Shown one piece after another: positions 9,045 to 18,085 of a stretch of DNA of 64,000 bases. Below the pieces are notes generated by a model. It saw only the letters and a program-made list of their open reading frames with translations. It had not been told where the DNA came from and made no database searches. The stretch is taken from positions 76,395 through 140,394 of the forward strand of contig JAZNPK010000002.1 in NCBI GenBank assembly GCA_045589595.1, written 5' to 3'. The DNA is from Victivallales bacterium. Its GTDB lineage: Bacteria; Verrucomicrobiota; Lentisphaeria; Victivallales; UBA1829. Position 1 is the first letter of the stretch, and every line of letters begins with the position of its first letter. The position numbers were made by a program, and so were the translations under genes.

Positions 9045-9356
9045 TCAGGCACCGAAACGGCGATTGCCGCCGCCGAAACCGCCGCGTCTGCCGCCGCCGT
9101 TGCGGGTACGGTCTTCCCGGGGGCGTGCTTCATTGACGACAAGTGCGCGTCCGCCGACCTGGGAGCCGTTGATGGCTTCGATGGCTGCATTGGCTTCATC
9201 TGCGTTGTTCATTTCCACAAAGGCGAATCCTTTGGGTCTACCTGAGTCGCGATCCATCACAATACGGACTGCGTCCACTGTTCCATAAGTTCCGAAGAGT
9301 TCCTTGACTTCGGCGTCTGTCATGGAGTACGGCATGTTTCCAACATAAATATTCAT
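9045..9356 (-). CDS. RRM-type RNA-binding protein with Arg/Gly-rich tail
   Basis: 103 aa. RNP2 IYVGNM, RNP1 KGFAFVEM, and a C-terminal RGG-like tail RNGGGRRGGFGGGNRRFGA. Confidence 0.9.
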   Translation of the reverse strand: MNIYVGNMPYSMTDAEVKELFGTYGTVDAVRIVMDRDSGRPKGFAFVEMNNADEANAAIEAINGSQVGGRALVVNEARPREDRTRNGGGRRGGFGGGNRRFGA

Positions 9357-9715
9357 GCTGGGGGTTCCTTTCGCGGTTTATACCGCATTTTTTTGTTCTG
9401 AAAATCCATGCCGTACGGGTAAAATACAACAATGACAAAGGACAGGAAAAAAGTTCAAACGGGAAAAAATCTGCACGGGACTGTGCGTGGATAATACCAT
9501 CCAAAGCAATTTGATTTGCCGATGTCTGTCAATAAATTACAGCGATGACATAAACTTTCACTTACGATCCAGAAATACAATTTCACCACTTAGACCCACA
9601 TGGTCAAAAGTGTCGCTTATCTGTTTCTGGAAACCTAACTTATACCGCTTTCTACAAAATGCAAGATGTTTTTTCAGAAATTTTTTGAAAATTATCATAC
9701 TTTTTCTTTTTTTTA

Positions 9716-9744
9716 TTGACAATTTTTCATTTTACTGATATATT
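9716..9744 (+). promoter_or_regulatory. Sigma70-type promoter for 9782..10918
   Basis: TTGACA (9716-9721), a 17-nt spacer, then TATATT (9739-9744), about 38 nt upstream of the ATG. An aaagga RBS lies at 9771-9776. Confidence 0.55.
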
Positions 9745-9781
9745 TTCCCGGTAAACGCTCAATTTTTATGAAAGGATTTTT

Positions 9782-10918
9782 ATGAATAACATTACAAACA
9801 AGATCAGTTCTGCAACGCCTTCCGTTACCCGTCGTGATACTCTGCCTCTGCTGGGGTTCGGCATGATGCGTCTGCCGGAATCGGACGGAAAAATCGATCG
9901 CGCCGCTGCGGCTGTCATGGTCGAAAAAGCCATGACTGCGGGCTGCAACTATTTTGATACCGCATACATGTATCACGGCGGCGAAAGTGAATCTGCCGTT
10001 GCGGAACTGCTGGGCAAATATCCCCGTGAAAGTTATTATCTCACCAGCAAGATGCCGACCATGCGTCTTCAGGAAACTGCAGACATGGAACGGATCTTCA
10101 ATGAACAGTTGGAGCGGACGCAAGCCGGATATTTTGATTTTTATCTGATGCACACCCTCAATACCCAGCTCTGGGAAACAGCAAAGCGTCTGGATCTTTA
10201 CGGGTTTATGAAAGAAAAACAGGCGGAAGGAAAGATCCGGCACATCGGATTTTCTTTTCACGATACACCGGAAGTTCTCCGCGAGATCGCCTCTGCCTAT
10301 CCGTGGGAGATCGCCCAGATCCAGTTGAATTATCTGGACTGGGAACTGTACCGGTCCAGAGAACAGTACGAGATCCTGACGGAACTCGGGATCCCCGTGG
10401 CGATCATGGAACCTCTGAAAGGCGGTTCACTGGTCAATCTGACACCGGCGGCAAAAGCCATTTTTGAAACGGAAGCACCCGGCACCAGTATTGCGTCCTG
10501 GGGACTGCGCTACGCCGCATCCCTGCCCAATGTAAAGATCGTGCTTTCCGGTATGTCCAATCAGGAACAGATGGAAGACAATATCCGTACCTTCTCCCCG
10601 ATGGAACCGCTGAAGGAGGAAGACTATGAACTGATCGGGAAAGTTCTTGCCGCCTACCGTAAATCCGGCGCGATCCCGTGTACTGCCTGCAAGTATTGTC
10701 AGCCGTGTCCGGTTGGAGTGGATATCCCGCGGAATATCGCGCTTTACAATCAGGTGAAAGCCGGCGGACATCAGTTCTGGTCGAAGATCATTTATGATTC
10801 ATTGCCGGAGGAGGGCAGGGCGGCTGCCTGTGTCCAGTGCGGAGCCTGTCTGGAAAAATGTCCCCAGAAGATCCGGATCCCCGATGCCATGACAGAGATC
10901 GCCGGAATGTTCAAATAA
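9782..10918 (+). CDS. Aldo/keto reductase with C-terminal 2x[4Fe-4S] ferredoxin-like domain
   Basis: 378 aa. AKR core (LGFGMMRLP, NYFDTAYMYHGGESE, IRHIGFSFHD) followed by the Cys clusters CTACKYCQPCP and CVQCGACLEKCP. Confidence 0.85.
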   Translation: MNNITNKISSATPSVTRRDTLPLLGFGMMRLPESDGKIDRAAAAVMVEKAMTAGCNYFDTAYMYHGGESESAVAELLGKYPRESYYLTSKMPTMRLQETADMERIFNEQLERTQAGYFDFYLMHTLNTQLWETAKRLDLYGFMKEKQAEGKIRHIGFSFHDTPEVLREIASAYPWEIAQIQLNYLDWELYRSREQYEILTELGIPVAIMEPLKGGSLVNLTPAAKAIFETEAPGTSIASWGLRYAASLPNVKIVLSGMSNQEQMEDNIRTFSPMEPLKEEDYELIGKVLAAYRKSGAIPCTACKYCQPCPVGVDIPRNIALYNQVKAGGHQFWSKIIYDSLPEEGRAAACVQCGACLEKCPQKIRIPDAMTEIAGMFK

Positions 10919-10976
10919 AAAGTACGGCACCGCCCCTCTCCACTATTCAGCGGAGCGGTCCGGTGCCGCTGTCTTG

Positions 10977-11987
10977 TCATACTCCGGCTTTGATGAGCAA
11001 ACCCAATCCTGCGATGAAGATCACGAACATCCCTGCGTTCATGATATGGGCGAGAATGGGCGCGCCTTTGAATTCCCGCCAGATGAGGATGCCCCACAAT
11101 GCCGCAACAAGTGTTGCGCCCTGACCCAATCCGTAGGAGATCGCGGGTCCGGCTTTCCCGGCGGCGACAAGGCTCAGAATATTGCCGGTTCCCCAGATGA
11201 TCCCGCCGAGAATACCGACACTGTGGATGGACAGTGTCCCGGTAAAATATGTTTTGATTGCCACCGGTTCACCGGAAACGGGGCGCTTCATGGCAATGGT
11301 ATTGAATATGAAATTGCTCAGGAATATCCCGCACGCAAATACAAAAAATGCGGCATACGGCGTCATTTTTCCTGCTTCCGGACGGACAAAGTCCATATCC
11401 ATGGATGCGGCGATGAACCGGTAGAAAAATGCCATCAGCACGCCGCAGATAACAGCAAGGATGATCCCCTTCGCCGGAACAGTCCCATTGTTTTCGCCGC
11501 GACTGTATTCTTTGAGACGGTAAGCCGCCGCATTCATCATAATGGCAATGGCGATGAGCAGAACACCGCCGAAGATCAGCATGGGATCCCCTTTCGGTTC
11601 ACCGATATAATTGATCACGACGCCGAGGATCAATGCAAGCCCGATCCCCACCGGAAATGCCACCGACATCCCCGCAATGGATATGGATGCACTCAAGAGC
11701 AGATTTGCGGCATTGAAGATCACACCGCCGATCAGCGCACTGATCAGATTTCCGGTGGTCGCCTGTGCCAGATCCGGCAGAAAACTGCGTCCCTGCGGAC
11801 CGAAACTGCCGAATGTGAGTCCCGCCGCCAGACTGAGCAGAAGAACACCGATGACATAATCCCAGTAAAACAGTTCGTACCGCCAGTTTCTGCCGGCAAG
11901 TTTCTGGGTGTTGCTCCACGATCCCCAACACAGCATGGTGATGATGCAGAAGAAAACTGCCAGATTGTAATTTTCAACAAAAAACAT
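10977..11987 (-). CDS. GRP-family (GlcU/RbsU-like) sugar uptake permease
   Basis: 336 aa, about 10 TM helices, N-terminus MFFVENYNLAVFFCIITMLCWGSWSNTQK. A strong RBS gaggaggtgaaat precedes the ATG. It sits directly downstream of ribokinase in the same orientation. Confidence 0.75.
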   Translation of the reverse strand: MFFVENYNLAVFFCIITMLCWGSWSNTQKLAGRNWRYELFYWDYVIGVLLLSLAAGLTFGSFGPQGRSFLPDLAQATTGNLISALIGGVIFNAANLLLSASISIAGMSVAFPVGIGLALILGVVINYIGEPKGDPMLIFGGVLLIAIAIMMNAAAYRLKEYSRGENNGTVPAKGIILAVICGVLMAFFYRFIAASMDMDFVRPEAGKMTPYAAFFVFACGIFLSNFIFNTIAMKRPVSGEPVAIKTYFTGTLSIHSVGILGGIIWGTGNILSLVAAGKAGPAISYGLGQGATLVAALWGILIWREFKGAPILAHIMNAGMFVIFIAGLGLLIKAGV

Positions 11988-12005
11988 ATTTCACCTCCTC
12001 TTTTT

Positions 12006-12908
12006 TCAACCTGCGATTTCCTGTCTGTACGGCGCTGAACTCTGTGCCCCCATTCTTGTTACTGACAATGTTGCCGCTTCATTCGCCAGAACGATCGCGT
12101 TCCGCAGACTCATTCCTTCGGCAAGCCCCACTGCCAGTGCGCCGTTGAAAACATCTCCCGCCGCCGTAGTATCCACTCTTTTTACTGTCCGGACGGGGAT
12201 CAGTTCGCCTCTGCCGCTCTGGTACAGCCATGCGCCTTTTTCCCCCATCGTGATGATAACGGTACAGACGCCCCGTCTGCAAAAAATTTCAGACGCAGTT
12301 TCAGCACTGACTGCATCGCTGACATGGATCCCGGTCAGGATCTCCGTTTCCGTTTCATTCGGAGTGATCACATTCAGGTAGCGGTAAATCTCTATTGGCA
12401 GCGGTGCTGCCGGAGCAGGATTCAATATGACCCGTACATTCTTTTCCGCCGCCCATTTTGCCGCACACAAAACCGTTTCGATGGGCGTTTCCAGCTGCAT
12501 CAGCAGAATAGACGCCTGTTCCAGTTCGTGCCGGAGCGGGACCAGATCCGCCGGCAGAAGGGATTTATTCGCTCCGGGCGCAACACAGATACAGTTTTCG
12601 CCCCGGGCATCCACCATGATCAATGCTGCGCCGGAGGGTTCGTCCGGATCTGTGAGAATGTGACCGGTATGAATGTTTTCACGCTGCCAGAGCGATTTTG
12701 ATTCACTGCCGAATGTGTCGTTCCCCACTTTGGCGATGAAGGTCACATTGCCCCCCATCCGGGCGGCAGCAACTGCCTGATTCGCCCCTTTCCCGCCGGG
12801 ATTCATGAAGAAGTGTCCGCCGAGTACCGTTTCACCCGGAACCGGAATACGGTCCGCCCGGATCACCATGTCTGTATTGGAACTGCCGATAACAATGATC
12901 TTTTTCAT
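12006..12908 (-). CDS. rbsK: Ribokinase (PfkB family)
   Basis: Track ORF 12006..12938; start MKKIIVIGSSNTD at 12908 (RBS gaggggga). Motifs GGKGANQAVAAARMGG and DTTAAGDVFNGALA. Confidence 0.9.
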   Translation of the reverse strand: MKKIIVIGSSNTDMVIRADRIPVPGETVLGGHFFMNPGGKGANQAVAAARMGGNVTFIAKVGNDTFGSESKSLWQRENIHTGHILTDPDEPSGAALIMVDARGENCICVAPGANKSLLPADLVPLRHELEQASILLMQLETPIETVLCAAKWAAEKNVRVILNPAPAAPLPIEIYRYLNVITPNETETEILTGIHVSDAVSAETASEIFCRRGVCTVIITMGEKGAWLYQSGRGELIPVRTVKRVDTTAAGDVFNGALAVGLAEGMSLRNAIVLANEAATLSVTRMGAQSSAPYRQEIAG

Positions 12909-13020
12909 TCTGATCCCCCTCTCTTTTTTTGTGTGCAATGCAGAATGGACAGATAACTTTCTGCATGGACAAAGAAGAAGACGGGGAATATCAGCAGGTT
13001 TCTGAAAAATCCGGGAAAAA

Positions 13021-13896
13021 TCAGCGTTTCAGCAGAAGATCCCGGAGCAGAGAACCGAGCGGAGTAAGCATGATCAATGCCGTGGCAATGGCGATAAATG
13101 GCGCAAAGGGCATACCTCTGTGACGCATTTTCGGTTTGAGTTTCCGGAGGATCGGCGCACAGAGAACCGTCAGAACAGATGCGGCGAGAAGGATCCAGAG
13201 CAGCAGATCGATATGGGTAAAGACTGCGAGGACTGCAAGTAATTTTACATCGCCCCAACCGAATGCTGTCCGTCGGAAAAACGCTTTGCCAAGCAATGCC
13301 ACACCAGTCAGCAGAACCCCCGCCGCGATCCCGGGCAGAAGCAGATCCAGTACAAGCATAACAGCGGGGATATCGGACGACATCCTGCCGGCAGTGAATC
13401 CTGTCAGCAGCACACTGATCAGCAGCGTTACCACAAAACTGTCCGGAATGATCCTGTAATCACAATCCGTAAAAGCGGAGGCGATCAGGATCGCCGCCGT
13501 GATCATGTACTGGAGCAGGATCAGCAGTCCCCATCCTGTCCCGCATCCGGGCAGATTTCCACTTTGCCAGAGCAGAAAAATCGCAAGAAAAACCAGTCCG
13601 GTCAATGTTTCCACCAGCGGATAACGGATGGAGATCGGTTCTTTGCATGAACTGCATTTCCCCCGCAGAAACAGCCAGCTGAATACCGGAATGTTTTCAT
13701 AAAAGGGGATCGCATGATCGCATTTCGGACAATGGGACGGAGGGGAGACAATGCTCATCCCGTTGGGGATTCGCCAGATGCAGACATTGAGAAAACTGCC
13801 CACACACGCCCCGATCCACGCCCAGAAAATACTGAAGACGATGGGAAAATCCGCCACCATCTGAATGGCGATCATATCCAGCGGACCGGTCGTCAT
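13021..13896 (-). CDS. pilD: Type IV prepilin leader peptidase/N-methyltransferase-type (A24, PilD-like)
   Basis: 291 aa, polytopic. Zinc-finger-like segment SHCPKCDHAIPFYENIPVFSWLFLRGKCSSCKEPI; catalytic Asp boxes FGWGDVKLL and GMPFAPFIAIA. The start lies 1 nt after the nadE stop. Confidence 0.85.
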   Translation of the reverse strand: MTTGPLDMIAIQMVADFPIVFSIFWAWIGACVGSFLNVCIWRIPNGMSIVSPPSHCPKCDHAIPFYENIPVFSWLFLRGKCSSCKEPISIRYPLVETLTGLVFLAIFLLWQSGNLPGCGTGWGLLILLQYMITAAILIASAFTDCDYRIIPDSFVVTLLISVLLTGFTAGRMSSDIPAVMLVLDLLLPGIAAGVLLTGVALLGKAFFRRTAFGWGDVKLLAVLAVFTHIDLLLWILLAASVLTVLCAPILRKLKPKMRHRGMPFAPFIAIATALIMLTPLGSLLRDLLLKR

Positions 13897-13897
13897 A

Positions 13898-15601
13898 TCA
13901 ACTGTGTCTCCACAATGTCATTGCCGCATCGCTGGGCATCTGCCACGCAGTCCGGGGCGAGAGGGAAACGATGCCGGTCTGCGGTCCGTCGGGACAGCAG
14001 GAGCGTTTGAACTGCTGGGTGAAGAACCGTTTGAAAAACAGGTCCAGGGTCCGGTCAAGTTCTTCTGCCGGATATTTGTTGCCGAATGCAAGTTCCGCCA
14101 GATAGCGGATCTTTTCGGGTGCGGCTCCGCCGTAAATAAAGTGATACAGATAAAAATCGTGCAGTTCGTAAGCGCCGAGGATCGATTCCGTTTTCTGGGC
14201 GATTGCGCCCGTTTTGTCTGCGGGAAGCAGTTCCGGTGAAACGGGAGTCGCCAACACATCTTTCAGCACTTTTTTCATGGCACCGTCACCGGTATTTTCT
14301 GCATACCAGTCCACCATGACCCGGACCAGTGTTTTAGTGACGCCGCAGTTTACATTGTACATGGACATGTGATCGGCATTATAGGTTGACCAGCCCAGTG
14401 CGATCTCGGAAAGATCACCGGTCCCCACCACAAGTCCCCGTTCCCGGTTGGCGGTATCCATCAGGATCTGGGTGCGTTCCCGGGCTTGAACATTTTCATA
14501 AGTCACATCCAATACAGCCGGATCGTGTCCGATATCATTGAAATGCTGAAGACAAGCGTTTGTAATATCAACCGTCCGCAGATCGCAGCCCAGCAGCAGG
14601 GACAATGCTTCGGAATTGGATTTTGTGCGGCTTGTCGTGCCGAAACCCGGCATGGTCAGTGCCACAAGCTGTTCCGGTTTCCAGCCCAGCCGTTTTACCG
14701 CCTCCGCCGCAACGAGGATCGCCAGCGTGGAGTCCAGTCCCCCGGAGATGCCGATGACGGCTTTCTGCGATCCGGAGCAGGCGAGACGTTTTACCAGCCC
14801 AGCCGTCTGGATTTCAAAAATATCTGCACAATCGGCAGGACATTCCGGCAGAAACGGCAGGGGATCCACCGTTCTGTACTGCACAGATGCCAAATCGTCC
14901 CGCAGCGGTGTGATCTCCATATCTTCTTCCGGCTCATTGTTCTGCCGGATGTGCGACAGCATTTCCAGATCGGTATCGGCGTAGATGATGGAACTTTTCC
15001 GGTTGAACGGCTTGTTTTCTGTCAGGAAAACACCGTTTTCACAAATCGCCGCATAACCGCCGTAAACCGCATCGGTCGTGGATTCCGTAACACCGGCAGA
15101 CGCATAGACCATAACAGTTTTGTGGCAGGCACTGAGTGCTTTGAGCTGATCCCGTTTGTTCCGGATGCTTCCGGCAATGGCAGGTTCTGCATCCGGCATC
15201 AGGGTCAGTGCCGCAGCAGTCGTGCCCAGCCCCAGCGTAGCGGCTCCGGCATCCAGGATCAGATCGTCCTGTTCCGGCACAAGGGCGGTGACAGTCCCGC
15301 CGGAAAGTACGGCAGTTGCCGGACCTTCTTTCAGCGGCAGTCCCAGCACAATGATCATGCCGGAATCCCGGAATGCTTCTGCGATCCTGCAGGCGGCGGC
15401 TCCGGCGGCATCGGTAAGGTGTTTCTGGGTAAACAGACTGCCGCATGTAGCACCGGTCAGGGCAAGTTTGGGAAACAGGACCAGTGCGGCACCGTTCCGG
15501 GCGGCTTCTTCGGAAAGACGGATGATCTCATTGGTGTTGTATTCCACATCTGCTACTTTCAATTCCGGTACAGCTGCGGCTATGCGGTAAAATCCGAACA
15601 T
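13898..15601 (-). CDS. nadE: NAD+ synthetase with a degenerate N-terminal CN-hydrolase (glutaminase) domain
   Basis: 567 aa. The synthetase half is intact (IGISGGLDSTLA, GTGDLSEIALGWSTYNADHMSMYNVN, FKRSCCPDGP). The N-terminal half has FPKLALTG where glutamine-dependent enzymes have FPEL.L.GY, and I see no catalytic Cys motif. Confidence 0.85.
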   Translation of the reverse strand: MFGFYRIAAAVPELKVADVEYNTNEIIRLSEEAARNGAALVLFPKLALTGATCGSLFTQKHLTDAAGAAACRIAEAFRDSGMIIVLGLPLKEGPATAVLSGGTVTALVPEQDDLILDAGAATLGLGTTAAALTLMPDAEPAIAGSIRNKRDQLKALSACHKTVMVYASAGVTESTTDAVYGGYAAICENGVFLTENKPFNRKSSIIYADTDLEMLSHIRQNNEPEEDMEITPLRDDLASVQYRTVDPLPFLPECPADCADIFEIQTAGLVKRLACSGSQKAVIGISGGLDSTLAILVAAEAVKRLGWKPEQLVALTMPGFGTTSRTKSNSEALSLLLGCDLRTVDITNACLQHFNDIGHDPAVLDVTYENVQARERTQILMDTANRERGLVVGTGDLSEIALGWSTYNADHMSMYNVNCGVTKTLVRVMVDWYAENTGDGAMKKVLKDVLATPVSPELLPADKTGAIAQKTESILGAYELHDFYLYHFIYGGAAPEKIRYLAELAFGNKYPAEELDRTLDLFFKRFFTQQFKRSCCPDGPQTGIVSLSPRTAWQMPSDAAMTLWRHS

Positions 15602-15614
15602 GGCTGATCTCCTT

Positions 15615-17615
15615 TTATTTTCTGCCGAAACGGTGTTCGATTTCGTTCAGGGATATATTCAAAACCGTGGGTCTTCCATGAGGACAGGAAAATGGCAGTT
15701 CACATTCTGCCAGATCCTGTATCAGGGCTTCACATTCTTCCAGCGTCAGTTTGTCGTGGGCTTTCACTGCCGCTTTACAGGCGGCGGTGGCTATGGCATG
15801 GGTCTGAAGCTGCTGGGCGGAACCCCGTTCCGTCAGACGCGACAGCATATCGGAAAAAACGCCGCCCGCGTTATCCTGAGGCAGAGCCGCCGGGATCGCA
15901 TTGAGTTTGACGGTCAGTTCGCCGAAAGGATCGATTTCAAAACCGGCAGATTCAAAACCTTCCAGATTCCGGCAGACAAAGTGCATGTCAGCGCGGGACA
16001 GTTCCAACGTGATGGGAAAGAGCAGCCGCTGGGAAAGACTGCCGTCCGTTCGTTTGAGGATCTTCTCGTAAAGAACACGCTCGTGTGCCGCATGCTGGTC
16101 GATCAGGACCAGACCGTTGGAGATCGCTGCCACGATATAGGAATTTTCCATAATGCCGAGGATCTTCAGGTCATACGCCTTGAACAGCATCTGTTCTTCC
16201 GTCATCACCGTCTTAGGGAACGGCTTGTCGCCATCCGGCGGAAACGGCAGCACATCCGGCTGCTGCAGCGGTTCGGGCGTCCGTTCCTGCTGAAGCGTGA
16301 AATAACTGCCCGGCTGACCCGGCGGGAGCGCGCCTGTATTTTCATCCTGCACCGTCTGGCGGTTTGCCAGTTCACCCAGTGTGGTCAGACCTGTTGTCCC
16401 TGCAGTCGGCAGACTGACCTGATACTCCACCAACGCCTGTTTCATGATCATTTCCAGTTCTGTCGTTCCCCCGTCCGAACCCATTGAAACGGGTGAAACT
16501 GCATCCGGCTTGAAGTCGGGATAAAGAGAACGGATGGTGTCGGTGCCGGAGATCTTGCTCCGGTCAAGAGGCTGATCCGGATGCCGCGGGATCACCGGGA
16601 CCGGCTGGGGAATGACCGGGTCCGCCTGACGGAGTGCCGCCGTCACTGCGCTGCGTACCGCTGCGATAACAGCAAAATCATCGCGGAAACGGACTTCCCG
16701 TTTTGCCGGATGGACATTGACATCCACCGCGCCCGGCTCCATGGTCAGAAAGAGGATCGCCACCGGATATCTGCCCCGGTCCAGTATCGGTCCGTAGCCA
16801 TCCCGGATCCCCCGGAACACAGAGGGGGATTCCACCGGACGGCTGTTGACAAATACCCGTTGTTCGCCCCGTGTTGCTTTTGTGTAGTCCCGCGTGGAAA
16901 TAAAGCCATGGATCCGGATCGGTGCCTCCACATTGGACATGGGGATCGGGATCAGGGCATCCGCGCAGCTTTTGCCGAACAGTTCCCGGATCCGCGGCAG
17001 AAGATCACCGCAGGACGGCGCTGAGATCACGACCCGCCCGTCGATCCGCAATTCAAAAGATGTGCCGGGATTGGCAAGCGCAATATTGGTGATACATTCC
17101 ACGATGTGCCGTTCTTCCGTGGATGCCGATTTCAAAAACTTTTTCCGCGCCGGAAGATTGTAAAACAGGTCGCGGATCATAACTTCCGTGCCGGGAGCGC
17201 AGCCCGCCGGATTGGCGGCAATGGCTTTCCCGCCGTGAACAACGACTTCAAAACCGCTGGCATTGTCCCGCTTCCGTGTCCGGATGGACATCTTGGAGAC
17301 GGACGCGATACTGGGGATCGCCTCACCCCGGAACCCGAAGGACTGAATCGCAAAAATATCTTCTTCGTTCCGGATTTTGCTGGTTGCATGGGATTCAAAA
17401 CAGAGCATGGCATCGTCTTCATCCATACCGCAGCCATTGTCCTGAACGGCAATCAGTTTTCTGCCCGCATCTTCGATGGAAATACGGATCTGTTTTGCTC
17501 CGGCATCCAGCGCATTTTCCACCAGTTCCTTGACAACAGATGCCGGGCGTTCCACCACTTCACCGGCGGCGATCCGGTTCCAGACATCTTCAGAAAGCAT
17601 GTGAATGGTACTCAT
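15615..17615 (-). CDS. mutL: DNA mismatch repair protein MutL (endonuclease-type)
   Basis: Track ORF 15615..17714; start MSTIHMLSEDVWNRIAAGEVVERPASVVKELVENALDAG at 17615, overlapping the upstream stop as ATGA. The C-terminal endonuclease motif DQHAAHERVLYE is present. Confidence 0.9.
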   Translation of the reverse strand: MSTIHMLSEDVWNRIAAGEVVERPASVVKELVENALDAGAKQIRISIEDAGRKLIAVQDNGCGMDEDDAMLCFESHATSKIRNEEDIFAIQSFGFRGEAIPSIASVSKMSIRTRKRDNASGFEVVVHGGKAIAANPAGCAPGTEVMIRDLFYNLPARKKFLKSASTEERHIVECITNIALANPGTSFELRIDGRVVISAPSCGDLLPRIRELFGKSCADALIPIPMSNVEAPIRIHGFISTRDYTKATRGEQRVFVNSRPVESPSVFRGIRDGYGPILDRGRYPVAILFLTMEPGAVDVNVHPAKREVRFRDDFAVIAAVRSAVTAALRQADPVIPQPVPVIPRHPDQPLDRSKISGTDTIRSLYPDFKPDAVSPVSMGSDGGTTELEMIMKQALVEYQVSLPTAGTTGLTTLGELANRQTVQDENTGALPPGQPGSYFTLQQERTPEPLQQPDVLPFPPDGDKPFPKTVMTEEQMLFKAYDLKILGIMENSYIVAAISNGLVLIDQHAAHERVLYEKILKRTDGSLSQRLLFPITLELSRADMHFVCRNLEGFESAGFEIDPFGELTVKLNAIPAALPQDNAGGVFSDMLSRLTERGSAQQLQTHAIATAACKAAVKAHDKLTLEECEALIQDLAECELPFSCPHGRPTVLNISLNEIEHRFGRK

Positions 17616-18085
17616 TGTTCCTGTGCCTCCTGCTGAACTTCCCGGATCTTGCTGTCGAGAACTTTCCCGAATTCGATTTTCTGCTGATGGGCATGGAGCA
17701 GATGAAGCAGACATTCTTTACTGTTTCCCTGCTGTTCCGCCAGATTGGCAAGACGCAGTTCCAATGCCGTCTGCATCATGATCCCCGCAAAAGAATCCTT
17801 CTTCCCGGATTCCCGGATCATTGTCGACGCCTGACGGTACAAATTTTCTGCCGTTTTGTATTGTTCCTGTTGAGATGCTGCGTCACCGGCATAGACCAAT
17901 TCCCGGAAACGCTGTTCGACGGGCTGACGGAACTGCTGATCGTTTTTCTGGCGCATCATACTGGAAACGGTGATCGCCACCACCGTCATGACAATAGCGA
18001 ATGCAAAGATCACAATAATGGGCTTCAGATCTTTTCCCGCTCTGCGCAGTTTACCGTAAAGCATCTGTTTATCAGTCGGTTCCAT
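17612..18085 (-). CDS. Hypothetical single-pass membrane protein
   Basis: 157 aa. TM helix IIVIFAFAIVMTVVAITV followed by a helical Gln/Glu-rich ectodomain. Translationally coupled on both sides: a 14-nt overlap with 18072..19070 and an ATGA overlap with mutL. Confidence 0.6.
   Translation of the reverse strand: MEPTDKQMLYGKLRRAGKDLKPIIVIFAFAIVMTVVAITVSSMMRQKNDQQFRQPVEQRFRELVYAGDAASQQEQYKTAENLYRQASTMIRESGKKDSFAGIMMQTALELRLANLAEQQGNSKECLLHLLHAHQQKIEFGKVLDSKIREVQQEAQEQ

Noticed and set aside
9487-9738. An 83-aa plus-strand ORF in the AT-rich intergenic region.
   Set aside because: Its composition (Phe/Ile/Asn/Leu-rich) simply reflects AT-rich DNA. It has no RBS, and it overlaps the consensus promoter of the downstream AKR gene.
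10919-10976. A hairpin acggcaccg...cggtgccgc between the convergent AKR and permease genes, considered as a fifth member of the compound-element family.
   Set aside because: It is a single imperfect stem-loop (8 bp + 4 bp) of ~50 nt with no A/T tracts and no multi-branch interior. It is probably just a simple convergent-gene hairpin.
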